Assembly: GCA_001949185.1 (NCBI GenBank)
Contig: BDGG01000009.1
Span: 1-64,000 of the forward strand
Reading direction: 5' to 3'
Length of the DNA stretch: 64,000 bases
Origin: Ramazzottius varieornatus
Lineage: Eukaryota > Animalia > Tardigrada
Shown: in pieces, positions 1 to 13,198 of the stretch
Layout: each line of letters starts with the position of its first letter
Position numbering within the stretch: position 1 is the first letter of the stretch
Made by a program: the position numbers and the translations under genes
Notes under the pieces: model-generated
What the model was told of the DNA's origin: nothing
The model's input: the letters and a program-made list of their open reading frames with translations, nothing else
Database searches by the model: none

Positions 1-421
1 GTGCGGAGGATCGTACATACTGAGGATCAGAGATCCTATCAGTTGATCTTCCCCCGTAGCGGGATGATCAAGAGCTGATCTTAACTTTCTAGAACGGCCA
101 AGCTGACCCGCCTCGCGAACTAAGAACTATGGTCGTAAAAGAATCCATAAGAATGTTGGATGGGTTGGCCAGGATGCTAAAAGTACCACCCGTCAGTAGA
201 TGAAACAGAGCTTAGAAGTGATATTGTTTCACTCTGCCCGAACAAATTAAAATGGCACTTTGTGAAGACAAAGCAAGATGCTGCCGCTGTCACGGTGAAG
301 ATAAAAGATAAAACAACCAAACAATACCGTAGAACCTGCATAGAAAATCGAGCAACAGCAATTAAAAAAGTAAAAACGCTTTCGAGCTATGAATGGAAGA
401 TAAAAGATTCAAGTAAGACGC

Positions 422-3396
422 TCAAAGAGAAGCTTCTTCAATCTCCCCTTCCCCATCTGAATCCATTTCGCCAAACTGCTGTTCACTCTTCTTGCTCCAC
501 AATGAGCCGACCGAGGCTGCGGTGGACGCGATGTCCGTCTGACTCACCAGTCCAGCGTTATCGCCTTCTCCTCTTCTGAAGACTGTATCTAACGATGCCT
601 GGAAACCTTCTGGGTCCTGTGAAGAGCTGCCAGGGACGATTTTTTCGTCGCGATTGTCCTCCTCCAAGGGTAAGCCCTGTCTTTCACGCGCTCGCTTCTC
701 GCGTTCACGCCAGTCCGCTGATCGGACACTCAGCAAACTCTTGATTTCTTCCAGCACCATCTGCGACTGCTGCTTCTGCTCCTCAAAATGATGCTGAAAA
801 AACCCAGAAAACGTACGTCTTGAAAAAATAATCTCTCCTGACAGACGCCATCGTTTTATGAAATGTGCGCTAAACAAACAGATTCGATTAAATGTATTTC
901 TCAAGCGGCGCACGTTGTCCATAATTTCGGCTGGAAACGTTACTTGGGAGGACAATCTCGCCGACATTGTTTGCCGAGCCCTCAAATGAAGAAAACTGGT
1001 CAAGTTTAGGCGAACAAAATTCAGTTTTCAAAAAGAACTTTTTTTGTGTTGCTAGAGGTCGTGCTATTGCTTGGTAAACGCAGAGGAGACTGTGAGATTT
1101 TGGACAAACACGCCATAGGACAAACTTACAAGTTCTGAGAAGACGGGTTCGCCTCGATGTTCCGCTGCGGCATCTTCCATCACCAGCGCTTCGAAGATTT
1201 CATCTTGGACATAGATGTCGTCGTCACACCGGGCCACATTCTCTACTTCCCTGTCAGCCTTGCCCGGTACCATATCCAGCTGGTTGGAAAAAGGCGCTGG
1301 ATCGTATGCTTGCAGTGACTTTCGTTTCAAGTACTGCGAGCATAAAAACTCAGACTAAGTCCACGGTGTAACCCAGAATACAAAAGTCTGTAAAAGCCCG
1401 TCTACTTACATCGAGTAGAAGTGTGCAACACTTGATGTGATAACCCAGCTTCTCCATACGATCCACCTGTGCCACTTTCTCCAGTTCGTCCTTCTCACCA
1501 TCTCCTCCTCCTTCTTCACCTGTCCCTATCAACCTCACGTCTTTCAACGCCGCGGTTAAGTGCAGCTCCAGACTCCTCAGATAATTCGGTGGACCACTGC
1601 AGTACACAAAAGCTTGATAAGACAATCAGGTAGGAAGGAAAACGAAGAAATTATTACCCTTTGACAGATTGCCTTCTTCGGTTGTCCCTCTCCTTCGCAC
1701 CTTCCGTCTCGAACTGGTATTCGGCTTCGAGTCGTCGATAACACTCGACTAGCAATTTGTGAGCTGCCTTTAGACGCTTTCTCAGAAGCCAGTCATTGAG
1801 GACGGACTCTGTGGTGGAGCGCTGAGAGCAAAGGAGCTTCAGCAGTTCAGAAGCCTGAAGGTCCAGTAATCCTATCAAGGACTTGATGGCTTGCAGGGAG
1901 AAGCCGTCGGTGGACAGTTGCAGTGCTTCGGCTTCGCTTTCAGGGATGCTAAAGCAGTCGCCAAACTCTTCTAAAGGAATGGCGCAGATGTGGTTGCTTG
2001 AAGCATCTATCGTACCCACATCTTCTGCAAGAAACAAAGTGATGACTCTGCAAGCCATCTGGTATTTTATTGAATGGCGCTTGACGTCATCGCGTAGTCT
2101 TCCGCGATGACGTCGCAGCAACAAGTTTGAGTCGACAGCTTGATTGATTGTTGAGTGTTGATTGGAGCAATAAATCCGAATTTCGGGCTTTCACAAAATT
2201 ATTTCCAATGTTACAGAAATTCGCACGTTCTTTTCAAATATTCACACAGAGAGGGGGTGAAATTGAAGTTGTATCGTATACGGTCTAGCGTACCTTTGAG
2301 CATGTCGAAGGCAGCAGCCCGAAGGACAAAGACCATGAAGCGAAACTCGACGAAGGCAGCATGGCGCAGCCGGAAGCAAGCGCGAGTCAAGCCCGTTTCT
2401 TTCTCTTCGCACTTTTCTCCAACACTGGCGAAACCACCGGTAGTCACCGCGTATCCACGCTGCAGCACTTCATTGTCGAGGATCCACCTGTTGATCTTCT
2501 GTGACAGAACCGAGCTGTTGTGGAGTACGGCCAGGAGCAGCTCGACTTGTCTCGTCAAGCTTCTTGCCAGTAGGCTCAACCCGCCCTGCATGAAGAGAAC
2601 CACGCTCATGAGTGAACAGAAGACATGCAAAACGCAAGCGTTGCTTATTAGAACAGTGAAGCGTATTACAGGGTCGTTTTATGAGCTTATGGGAGCGATT
2701 TCACCGTACCTGGACTGCGCACAAAGCGACACCACTCGCTGCCGAGACGCTCAGCGCATTTCTTCCGAGTGGTGAAGGTTTTCTGGAAAGAAGGAAGAGG
2801 CTCCCAGCAGTAGACAGTCCGAGTAGAACAGGAAGATGAAACGAAGGAGACTCGCGCGGCGAGGTAGCTATGCGATGGCGAATGGCTGTTTCGTCGTCAA
2901 ATGTTAGACGACCAGAGTTTAGAATGATCTCCTCGATGGCATCAGTCCGCTGAGGTTTCTCCATTATTTCCTCACCGTCTCCATTTCCGGAAAGTCTCGC
3001 TGATTCTCCTCCCAAAACCAGCGCAAAATAGGCCGTGAAACGCCATATCACGCTCTCCGAACTCTGGATTTCGGTCTGCAAAAAACAATGCACGCAGGAC
3101 GAGAAATCTGGGTACAGTACGAGTACAGTAAAAATTATGGTACAATGAGAATTTGTATGAGGGGGATTGCGATTGACAGCCAAATTGATCTTTCCCTTGA
3201 TTGCGACGAAACATTGATCGGGACAACCGAAAGCATCGATACACTCGACGATTGTCAAGTTATCGATTGCAGATAATTCTGTCGATAAAGCATCGAAGCA
3301 GTCTTCACTGTTCGGCTCTTCATGAAATTCTCTTGCATATCCACGAGGGACGTTCTCTTCGGTTGCAGGTGGCGGAACGTTGTTTTGGGACAACAT
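422..3396 (-). CDS. VEZT: Vezatin-like protein, multi-exon; start codon uncertain
   Basis: Exon peptides EVLQRGYAVT, RLRHAAF...AAFDML, TDGFSLQAIKSL...QASELL and YLRSLELHLTAAL resemble vezatin blocks; acidic C-terminus EQQFGE; last intron 794-1129 is GT-AG. Confidence 0.75.
870..978. repeat. Intronic dyad element (degenerate), vezatin intron 794-1129
   Basis: caagcggcgcac...ggctggaaacgttacttgg...tttgccgag. Confidence 0.65.
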
Positions 3397-3454
3397 CGCT
3401 CCGTTGAATATCTTCGTCAGACATCCACAGAAGTCTGCAAGCCAACCTGCAAGG

Positions 3455-6400
3455 ATGCAGCATCAGGAAGCGCTATCTCCTGCCGATCAGGAAAAGCTGG
3501 ACAAAAAAATATCCGAATGGCTTTCCTGGGACCAGGTATTGTAAGAGCAGCTCGTTCAACACGAGCCACGTTGACCGATTCTTGTTTTCAGTACGAGCCG
3601 ACGAGGACGGAAATTCAGAAGATGATCAACGAGAAGCGCTTTCCCGAACTCGGTGCTCGTCTTCTAACTCGCATGTCGTTTGGCACTGCCGGTGGGACAG
3701 CTCGATGTTTATGCCTGCGGTGCCACAAGGAACTATAAAGATCGTTTTTGTGTTTTTTCTCCAAGGGCTTCGAGGGAGTATGGGCCCTGGATTTGCGCAC
3801 ATGAACGACCTGGTCATCGTCCAAACCACACAAGGCCTGGTGAAATACCTACTTTCCGTGTCTGCAGGCGTCAAGAAGCAAGGCGTTGTTATCGGTTATG
3901 ATAACCGACACAACAGCGAACGGTAAGAAATATCTCATGGGCAAACGTGAGAAGTGTAAGTGCTTGAGAATGAATATTCAGCAGTTCGAAAAATTCCCAT
4001 TGTATTGGTGGCATGACGTCACATCATTGCTCTTTTGAGAAAACAATATTCTAGCATGGTATCACGATTTTAGCGATGACGTCATGCGCGTACTGTAATA
4101 GTCAAATGACCCTACCCCGCGCGTATTCGAGCGGTTCATGTAATTTCATGAATATTCATTATTAGTTTTGCAGGTTTGCTCAGTTGGCAGCTGCTGTCTT
4201 TGTCACGCATTCCATTCCAGTTGTCCTCTTTTCCAAAATTTGTCCAACGCCTTTCGTGGTATGTTTAGCCTTGTGTATCGACGTATTGTCGAGTTTCGTC
4301 ACTTGAGAACGTTTGTGCGATTATTGTAGCCGTACACCGTGCTGAAGAATGGTGCGAGTGCGGGCATCATGGTCACGGCTTCGCACAACCCAAAAGAAGA
4401 TAACGGCTACAAGGTGTACTGGGATAACGGTGCACAGATCACCTCGCCGCACGATAAGGGTATCGCTGCGGCTATTGAACAGAATTTGCAGCCGTGGGAA
4501 GGCTCGTGGAAGATCGACACGAAGAACCCTCTGGTGATAGACGAACTGGAAGTCATCCTGAAAAGCTACAAGGAAGACCTGGCAAAGATGTCGCTGTATA
4601 GGTATAGCCAACCCGAACGCTGCCCAGTCATATCTCTGTCAAAATTTAATAGTAAAGAGATGGGACAAGGTAAACGAATTCCTCCAGGTGGCTTTTGCAA
4701 GTGGCGCACGCTCCCAGGCAATAACAGATGAAGCGTGCGCCACTTGAGACATCGATCTGGATGGAATCATTTGCCGACCTTCCAGATATCAATGATCGGT
4801 TTTCCTCTCTTTTCAGAGAACTCAATGCGACGACGCCGGTGAAGTTCGTCTATACGCCGATGCATGGTGTGGGGCAGTCTTACATTATGGATTGCTTGTC
4901 GGTCTTCCGGCATAAGCCCTTCATTTCCGTCGAGGAACAGGTAGGTGCGAACGAAACTAGAAATGTTTCATACGTATCGATGAGCAGGTTAGAGCTTTTG
5001 GATACGCGAGGTATCCAACGAAACTCGTATCATTTACAGAAAAATCCCGATGGTGACTTTCCTACTGTACGATACCCAAACCCGGAAGAAGGGAAAAGCG
5101 CATTGGTGAGCGTCACTTGAGTATGTACCTGCCGTGTGTTTTCGAACTTGTTCTCCGTTTTTGCTTCGTTGGGTTTTTTATTCTATTTTCTTCGAAAGCT
5201 TGAATTTAAAGTGCGCTTCTGGTGTTTCACAGGACTTGGCTGCAGCGACAGCTAAGAGGAACAGCGCTACTGTCATCCTGGCGAACGACCCTGACGCGGA
5301 CCGGTTTGCCCTAGCCGAAAAGCAAGAGTGAGTTGATTGCTCTATGACAGCACGAGGCTCAGTTTCTGTTTGTGCTTCGTTTATTTTGTCTCTAAAAAAT
5401 CATCTCTGGCTTTGTGCGTTCTCGTTTGAAGGGAGTCATGGAAGATCTTTTCGGGCAACGAAATCGGGACCTTGTTGGGCTGGTGGATGTGGCACTGCTA
5501 CCAGCAGACAAACGAAAACAACGTCGATCGTAAGAGACACTATTATCCTGCTACCTAAAATCCGTTTTTGATGATTATGCGTGTTTGAATTTGAAGCTCT
5601 TTTTGCAGCAAAGAACTGCTACGTGATTGCCAGCACAGTTTCCTCTAAGGTTCTTCGTTCCATCGCCAACGCCGAAGGTTTCCACTTCGAAGAGACTCTG
5701 ACCGGGTTCAAGTGGATAGCCAACAGGGCAGATGTCTTGCGCAAGAGCGGCAAGACCGTCCTGTTCGGCTTTGAAGAAGCCATCGGCTTCATGTGTGGTG
5801 ACTTCGTGCTGGACAAGGATGGCGTTTCGGCCTGTCTGATCGCCGCAGAAATGATTGCGTGGCTGAATAACCAAGGCTCGACCATCCAGCAACAACTCGA
5901 TACTTTGGCCAAAAAGTAAGTCCACTGTCAAGTTTTTTCGACGTTTCACTGTGGCCGGAAGTTTTGGTTCTGCAGATATGGATATCACGTGTCGAACAAC
6001 TCGTACTTCCTTTGTCATCACCCGCCAACGATGAACGCCATGTTCCAGCGTTTGAGAAATTACGAAGGAAGTGGCACGGTGAGCTGTCTTCATTGATGAT
6101 TCAGATTTGAATCGATATGAATAAAAATCACATACTTATCAGTCATTTCCAGAGCGTCGGCAGATGAATTGATTTAGAGTGTTTTCTCAAATGGCGCAGG
6201 CTGTCGGTCAATAAAAATAAAACGATGCGGCACTTGAGGTGACGATGTGGCTGAAACCATTCTGCCGACGACCCAGTTGGCTGTTTTCCTACGATATATA
6301 TTGAAACCTAAGAAGGCCGTGCTCGGCACAAACTTAACTGGCGCTTGCATAGAAAAAGGGCGGAAAATAAAAAAAAAAAAAATAAAAAAATAAAGAAATA

Positions 6401-7002
6401 AAAAAATAAAAAATTAATAATAAAAAATAGTTTAGTTATCCAAACTCTATAGTACGTGTAGTCTTCCTACGAATGTGCCCTAGTTCGGAATGACTTCCGC
6501 TCTAAAAGACTTTGTTCGTTTGCAGTACCCGAAGACCTGCGGGAGGTTTCACGTTGAATTCGTCAGGGACCTTACGGATGGTTACGATAACGAGCAGCCT
6601 GACAACAAGCCGGTGAGGTCTGAATGTCACTGGCACGCGAACCAGTCCTCTAGTTTTTTCGGGATTGACGGTTACGTTCTGTTTCAGGTGTTGCCGACAA
6701 GCAAGTCGAGCCACATGATTACTTTCACATTCGAAGAAGGCATAGTAGCCACACTTCGCACAAGTGGCACCGAGCCGAAAATAAAATACTACACGGAAAT
6801 TTGCGGGAAGCCTGGTCAAGGGTAAGTTCGATTCGTGTCTTGTGGTCTTATGAAGTCGCAAGGTACTATACACATTTGGGGTAACGGAAATCTTTGTAGA
6901 AGTCGAGAGGAGCTCGAAAACGTTTTGGACGAGTTAGTGGCATCTTTGATAGAAGAGTATTTTCAGCCAGAGAAGAACAACTTGAAAGCAAAGTCGGACT
7001 AA
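3455..7002 (+). CDS. PGM2: Phosphoglucomutase-2 / phosphopentomutase (PGM2/PGM2L1 family), multi-exon
   Basis: Motifs FGTAGLRG, catalytic [20 protein letters not shown], metal-binding [31 protein letters not shown] across GT-AG spliced exons; ATG 3455, TAA 7000-7002. Confidence 0.95.
4667..4778. repeat. Intronic dyad element, PGM2 intron 4602-4816
   Basis: caagtggcgcac (4698-4709) N25 gtgcgccacttg (4735-4746). Confidence 0.9.
6155..6270. repeat. Intronic dyad element, PGM2 intron
   Basis: Outer arms cgtcggcaga / tctgccgacg; core caaatggcgcag N25 atgcggcacttg. Confidence 0.85.
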
Positions 7003-7500
7003 GTTTATGTTGGACGTTTCTGACATTTCCTTTTTCTAATGTGACAACCGTGAATTTTATGTAGTATTTTGTCTGTTCCTGGAATGTTGAGCTGTGAAAG
7101 GATTTTTAGATGGCATCATTTTAGAGTCAAACAGTAATGAACCGCCGAAGTATGAACTGGCGACTGAATTTTCGGCAGAAATTGTCCTTCATTAATTCAG
7201 TTCACCAGTGATAACAGCTACATTCGAAGATGGAACCTTTGAGTTATCCGGGGTAAAACTAATTGATATCCTATCTGCTTTTACGAAATCGATTACGCAT
7301 GTGTCGGTAAAGTGAGCACTTCACTCGCTTCTGATTGTTCAGCCTTCTCTCTACTCAACAACTGTTGGCGATAGGAAACGAGAGGCTTGACGTGCCACAA
7401 TCTTTTTGTAATTTGCACCTGTACTTTATCCTCTAGCTTACTGAGGTTTTTGTTTAAATCTGATCGCATGCTTTTTGACTGTGCGCAATTTGTGTGTAGG

Positions 7501-8400
7501 TACAGGGTGATTCCAATTCACTCGACGGATTTTGGGACTCTATAACTAATCCTGCACCAATTCCCCTTCCTTCATATTTCATCCTCGGACACCTCGAACA
7601 CTTGCAATTGTTTCTTTAAATTCTTGCGAAGATCGCGCTTCACCCAAAAACTGCTTTGCAGAAAGTTTCAACAGGGCGGAAATCGAGGTCTCGTTTCAGA
7701 TATACTTGCATGGTTGAGCGTAGCTCGCTGCCGAACGAAAACCTTTAAAAGTTTTCCGCCAACGCTACGTTGTTCTAAACGTCGTAGGCCACTGTATAAA
7801 ATTTAGTCTCGTTAGGATACTCCCCACTGGCGAGTTTTGCGAGAGTCAACTGGGTGACCGGCACTGTCTGCAGCGAAAAAACTTCCATTTATTTCACTTT
7901 TTAAATGTTATGCGAACTAAAAAGGACGAAATATATGTTAGTTACAAGCACGGGTAAGTATCCATGACATTATGGCGATCCGAATGGTCTCACTTGTCGT
8001 GCGTTTCAGCAATGAACATTTGAAATAAGCTATGGGTTTCGGACCGAAAAATGCTACCTACTAAAATTGTTTTTTAGTCCAAGCACAGGAGGCCTTGCTC
8101 GCAAGATGTATACGCGATCAAAAGCCTAGAGACTGCTTCACTGATAGAGGGAGTGTCCAGCAAAAAGAATTGAGATGCAGCGCAGCTACTAAAATTCGTA
8201 TGTCGGTTGAATGAGGTTTTCCGTGTAGTTTGTGTTAGATTTTTTCTGGTTTTTGGGATACAACTGATCTGCGCAAAACTTCCAGGAAACGATTTTTAGA
8301 CGCCTACTGTACTTGCGTATCAAATTTGAGGGCAGGATAATCAGTGCACAATTTGTAGTCAGTATTCAAAATCCGTCGAGTCAATTGGAATCACCCTGTA
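7501..8400. mobile_element. Non-autonomous Tc1/mariner-like DNA transposon (~900 bp)
   Basis: 33-bp terminal inverted repeat with one mismatch (tacagggtgattccaattcactcgacggatttt / aaaatccgtcgagtcaattggaatcaccctgta); TA-CAGGGTG ends; no transposase ORF. Confidence 0.8.
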
Positions 8401-8490
8401 GAAGCGTTGGAAGCAAGACAAAAGAACCACCACTGGTGCGACCCGGAAGTCACTCACTACAGTTTCTAAATCGAATGAAAAATGCTTCTG

Positions 8491-9663
8491 TCATGAGACG
8501 TTTTCGGTTTTGTTCAGGCTGTCATTGTTCAGGCTGACTTTGCCATGGCTAATGAAGGTGGCAATCAGAACGTTGATGATGGTAACAACGAGGATGCTCA
8601 GGACAGCGATATCATCCAGCAAGGTGACCGACTGTTGTCTGCGCAAAAGTCGTTTTTGTTCCTTCTCAGCCAAGGTTTCATCGCAATCGGGTTGGGAATA
8701 CATGAGGTTCTCGCTAAGGACCTGAAGACGACGGATGACGACCAATATTACGGGCACGGCGAACTGGATGGCAATGGAGAAGGACAACATGGTCCGCACG
8801 AACTTGAAGTAAGGATGTTTCTCGAATTCGAGCAAGTTCTTCAGTTGGCTTGCGTTGGCAGTTAGCAGCGCGAAATCCAATAGTCCTGTTTAATGCACCG
8901 AAAAACAGTAGTGGGGTGAGCGCCAAATCATACACTTTCTGGAAGAGCGGCAGACGAAACGGACAAGATTCTTGTAGTGGCGCACGCCTCCAGCCAAAAA
9001 TGATGAAAACATGCGCCACTTTTGATGGTCTTGTATGTTTCTTTGCCGGCCTCGCACTTTACCATTGAAGTTGGACTGTATAAACTTACCTTGTGCCACA
9101 AACTTTCGCATCTGGTAAGTCCCTCCAATATTTCCAGTGCCAGCGGTATCCGACATCTGCTGGCGTGAAGGGGCAACAGAGACCTGTCGAGTCAGTTTCT
9201 TCGGACCCTGACAAAAGAGAGGTCGCTGCCACGCCCGAAACTTACAGTTTTTCGTGCGAAAAAAATGATTATACCTTGGGACTATTTTGGAGTCCGTGTT
9301 CAGTCTCGTGGCCGGCGATGTGGGGGTCAAGCTCGTAAGGTTGTTGTTGGGTACTTCAACGTCTGGTTTTCTTCTCAGGGTTGACTTTCTGTGCTTCGAT
9401 TTTGCGGACAAGAAGCCCACTTTTAATGGCCACATGGATGATTTGGCCGTCGCGTCGGTGTCGTCCTCTGCCATTATAAGGTTGGATGGTGTCTGATCCG
9501 AACCTTTCTCCACTTCTTCTTTGAAGCCTTCGTTCTGGATTCCATTATCAAGACGACCGGCCGGATCGGTAGAAGATGCTGGAGCGTTTTGACCTGCGTC
9601 TTGGGAAACGATGCCAGACTTGTCAGCTGAGGAGATGGAGTCTTTGCGATCGATGTCAGTCAT
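8491..9663 (-). CDS. Ninjurin family membrane protein
   Basis: Splicing intron 8886-9089 gives KFVAQGLLDFALLTANASQLK (ninjurin signature), followed by two hydrophobic segments ending IINVLIATF. Confidence 0.88.
8948..9048. repeat. Intronic dyad element, ninjurin intron 8886-9089
   Basis: agtggcgcac N25 atgcgccactt; outer arms cggcaga / tttgccg. Confidence 0.9.
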
Positions 9664-11256
9664 GGTCAAAGGTTTGACATGTAATGCCGTTTGAAGCGGT
9701 AGCTATTTGACCAAACTAATTTCCGATGTACAAGGTTGAACACGCGAGAATTGCCCACGAATGTTCCTGCTAACTGCAAGAAGGCAGTCAAGTGTGGTGG
9801 TACAGATACTGTACAACAGTATCATACGTAATATTGACAGGTGATGGATCGAATCTTTCTTCCTTATCTTTCGAATATACTCTCGAAGGCAAACGGTGTA
9901 AGATAGCTTTCTTCTCGTCTTGGGGCCAAAGACAACACGGGTTGAGCGGTAATGTTGTGTTCGCAGCCTGGAGCGTATTCAGGATACAAGTAGTGACAAA
10001 AGCAGTCTGATGCATGCGAAAATTTCATTAGCTGTTTCCATCTGGCTCCATCCAACACCCATTTTTCACGGCTAATTCTTGAGTACACTGTACTTTTCAC
10101 GCTGAATTACACCCTGGAAGCGGCAAACGTCGGTAACGGGGGATGACGGTGGAAGCCAAACGGGAGATTTTTCCATGGGTAGGCCTCGTTGTCGACAAGA
10201 ACGAGGTTTGTAAGGGGCTTTTAAGTGTTTTAGAATGTTTTGCGAGATCTGCATTTATAAATGTGCAAGCTGGTCAGATCGAGGTCAGATCGAGAAACGA
10301 AGCATCCGCGGCGTAACTTAACCTCATCAGTATTTGCAACTCTGAGCGAGACTGATGTCAGTACAAATGAACCCGTTACGGTTTCTCGTCATCAAAATTA
10401 TACGTCTGAGATATGAAAACAACCTATTCTGAAAAACTTCCGTCCGACTGGGCGGCGATATAACGCTTCTCCTTCCATACCTCACCATCCAACTCTGCTT
10501 CTGGGAGGCCTCTCCGCTGGTTTTCCAGGCTTGCGCATCGGTGCTGCGTACATTAACTCTTTGCCAACTTGTGAGTGACCTTTGAGTACCCAACGCAAAG
10601 AGGATTTCCAACCTTGCGTCTTTGGCATATCTTCTGATCAGACACTGCGAATATCTTCGGAGATGCTGTACATGTTTACAGTGTCGATGTTGGGGGCTCT
10701 CGAAAATAACACCTGCCGTGACACTTCCGGGCGGAAACGTGCACCGGATCCCGTGCATACGCAGTCCGCATTGCTCTCTGCGTCAGAAATCTCATAACAT
10801 CCTCAGCTAGATCGAACGCTCTTAGCAGGTCCTCGGGTTGATGGCAGAAAGACCGCCTCGATCTCGAAAGGTCGAGCAGGATAAAATCAATTCGGCTCAT
10901 CCAATATGTTAACCACAGTAGGAGCATCGAGACGCGGATTATGATGAGCAACTGGGGATAGCCAATTTCTGCAAGCGTGCCGAACGCCTACGCTTGCAGA
11001 TTCCTTCGACCGCCATGAGCTCAGGTCTGGGTACGTGGGCATGAGTTGGCTCATCTACTTCCCTTCCAGCCTTTTTCGGCGGCATAACGTGCGAAAGCAT
11101 TTCCCTCTGACATTCATCCACTTATCCTTTGCTGGTGTCTTCTCGAATTCCGATTGGTAGTGTGATCAAATGCAGCCTGGTGTCGTTTCTCAAAAGGTTC
11201 TGTATTTTATGATTTATTCGTTTGTGAGCTGCATGTAAGGTGTTGTGAAAGTTTCA

Positions 11257-13198
11257 ATGGATATAGTCAAGTTCACCATAGCCTTCGACCCCCACATATT
11301 CAACTCCACGGAAGTAGACATCATAGCGGTGCAGTTCCCTTTGCTGTACCGAGTAGTGGCCACCGTGGTGCATGGAATCATTCTGCTTGGCGGAATCTGC
11401 GGTAACGTTCTGCTGACAGCCACCATCTTGCGAACCAGGTGCTTGCAAACTCCGACGTATCGCTTTCTGGTAAGTGGGGAAAAGTTGCAGAATTTTGGGT
11501 TTTGTCCTATGCCATGCTTGTACCAGCTTGGAAAACTGGTTTCACTTTCGATAGGTTTCACTAGCGGTGGCCGACTTGGTGGTATTAATCTCCGCGGTCC
11601 CCGAAGCCATGATTTCTCATCACATCGGCAAACGCTGGATTGCCGGCAAAGTGGCTTGTTCAGTCTTTGTCTTCTCCAACTTTCTAGGTATCAACGCTGG
11701 AAGCATGAGGTGCGTCTGATTAGTTTTTCTCTCGACAACCTGAATTCATCAGCGTCGCAAAAACCCTTGGCAGTATACTGTTCCTTACCCCAATCTGGAT
11801 AGTCTAGAGTCAGACAGAAAATTTCCCAAATCGTCACAATACCGCCCGTCTGCATTTTTGTAGTTTTGTTGGCTGAAAGCGTGAGCACTGCGCCATTGAG
11901 CAAAAACAATTACTGTACATTCAAGACATTTGCCGGCGTCCCTAATCGATTTTTTGGGAGATACAGTACATCAAGGCCGCCATTTATCACTTAACCCTTT
12001 ATTGATTTATCTCATTTCGCTCGCTTTAATTGACTTTCGGTTAAATCTTAAGTCTTTATCCGGTCATAGCTCTATTACAGCATTCTCGCCTTCACTGTGG
12101 AAATCTACATTGCGATATGCCGACCGCTGATCTCTCAGCGGTATTTCACCGCTCACCGCACGAACCTCTGGATCTTGGCACTGTGGCTCGTAACCCTGGT
12201 CTACTGCGCTCCGTGGCTGTATTTGACTGATGTGCGACCAGATCCGGACATACCCACCATTCAGCTATGTGACTTCCGCACATCCACCCGCCACTTTACC
12301 CGTTATTACTTCCTGGTAGACTTGGTCCTTTTTTACTTGATCCCTTTGATCGTGGCTATTGTGGTCTACACCAAGATTGGCAGTGTCTTACATCGGGCAG
12401 ATCAGGGAACGCTGATGCGCGCAACGGGGGCGGATGAAGAAAGAGCTGACAAGAGCATCGATGATACCGAGAACTCATCGTCGCTCCGCCGTCAAATCCC
12501 ACAGGACCAGATTGCTGCAGGTGCAGCACTGTCATCATCCAATTCCGTGACACCGTCGACCTGTCAGACCATCTCTCCCGAGATTAACGAAGAGGACAGG
12601 CACCAACAGCGTGACAAGAAGACTTCTCGAGACCGGGCAAAATCCAGAGCCCACGTATGTACCGTATACATGTTACCCAAGTGGCGTCGGACGTGTTGAA
12701 TGTTACTTGCTAGGAGCGTGCAGTGCTTGGACAAACGAATTACAAAGTGGCGCACGCTAGCAGCCGAAACTACCGTGAATGTGCGTTACTTGGAAAAATG
12801 AATTGGTCAAGTGTGCTTTGTGACGTGGCGCACATTTCCATTGTGATTAGCCGCAAGCGTACGCCACTTGGCAAACGACCTCGTCAATTTTGTTTGCCGA
12901 GCTCCCATAATATCGTAGTATCGAGTACGTCAGCTTTACTACTTTTTTCCAGATTCTACGCATGCTGTTCGTGATCGTCCTTCTGTTCATTATAACCTGG
13001 CTACCATATCGTGGCGTGCTGGTTTACAACACCTTCGCATCGGAGCCCTGGCTCCACCTGTGGTTTCTATTCTTTGCAAAGACCCTCATCTACTTCAACT
13101 CTGCGATGAACCCACTACTGTACTCCGCCATGAACCTCCGTTTCCGGAAGAGTCTTCATCGAACAATAACTTGTCGACCACCATTTGATGATCGTTAG
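11257..13198 (+). CDS. Class A GPCR, thyrotropin-releasing-hormone-receptor-like
   Basis: GNVLL (TM1), TPTYRFLVSLAVADL, LGINAGSMSILAFTVEIYIAICRP, YCAPW, DLVLFYLIPL, WLPYR, NSAMNPLLY; four exons (approx. 11257-11469, 11554-11709, 12081-12654, 12953-13198). Confidence 0.85.
12677..12901. repeat. Tandem array of three dyad units, TRHR-like intron
   Basis: Cores at 12678 (degenerate), 12745 (N25) and 12825 (N25); closing tttgccgag arm. Confidence 0.85.

Noticed and set aside
6365-6430. A-rich tract in a PGM2 intron
   Set aside because: Simple low-complexity sequence; no retroposon body or TSD identified.
11808-11938. Very degenerate dyad-like sequence in a TRHR-like intron
   Set aside because: Only the right half (ttggctgaaagc...tgcgccattg...tttgccgg) is recognisable; counted loosely in the total but not listed as a feature.
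12677-12901. Repeat-spacer-repeat arrays resembling CRISPR or attC cassettes
   Set aside because: Repeats are inverted pairs with at most three units, lie inside spliceosomal introns of eukaryotic genes, and no cas or integrase gene is present.
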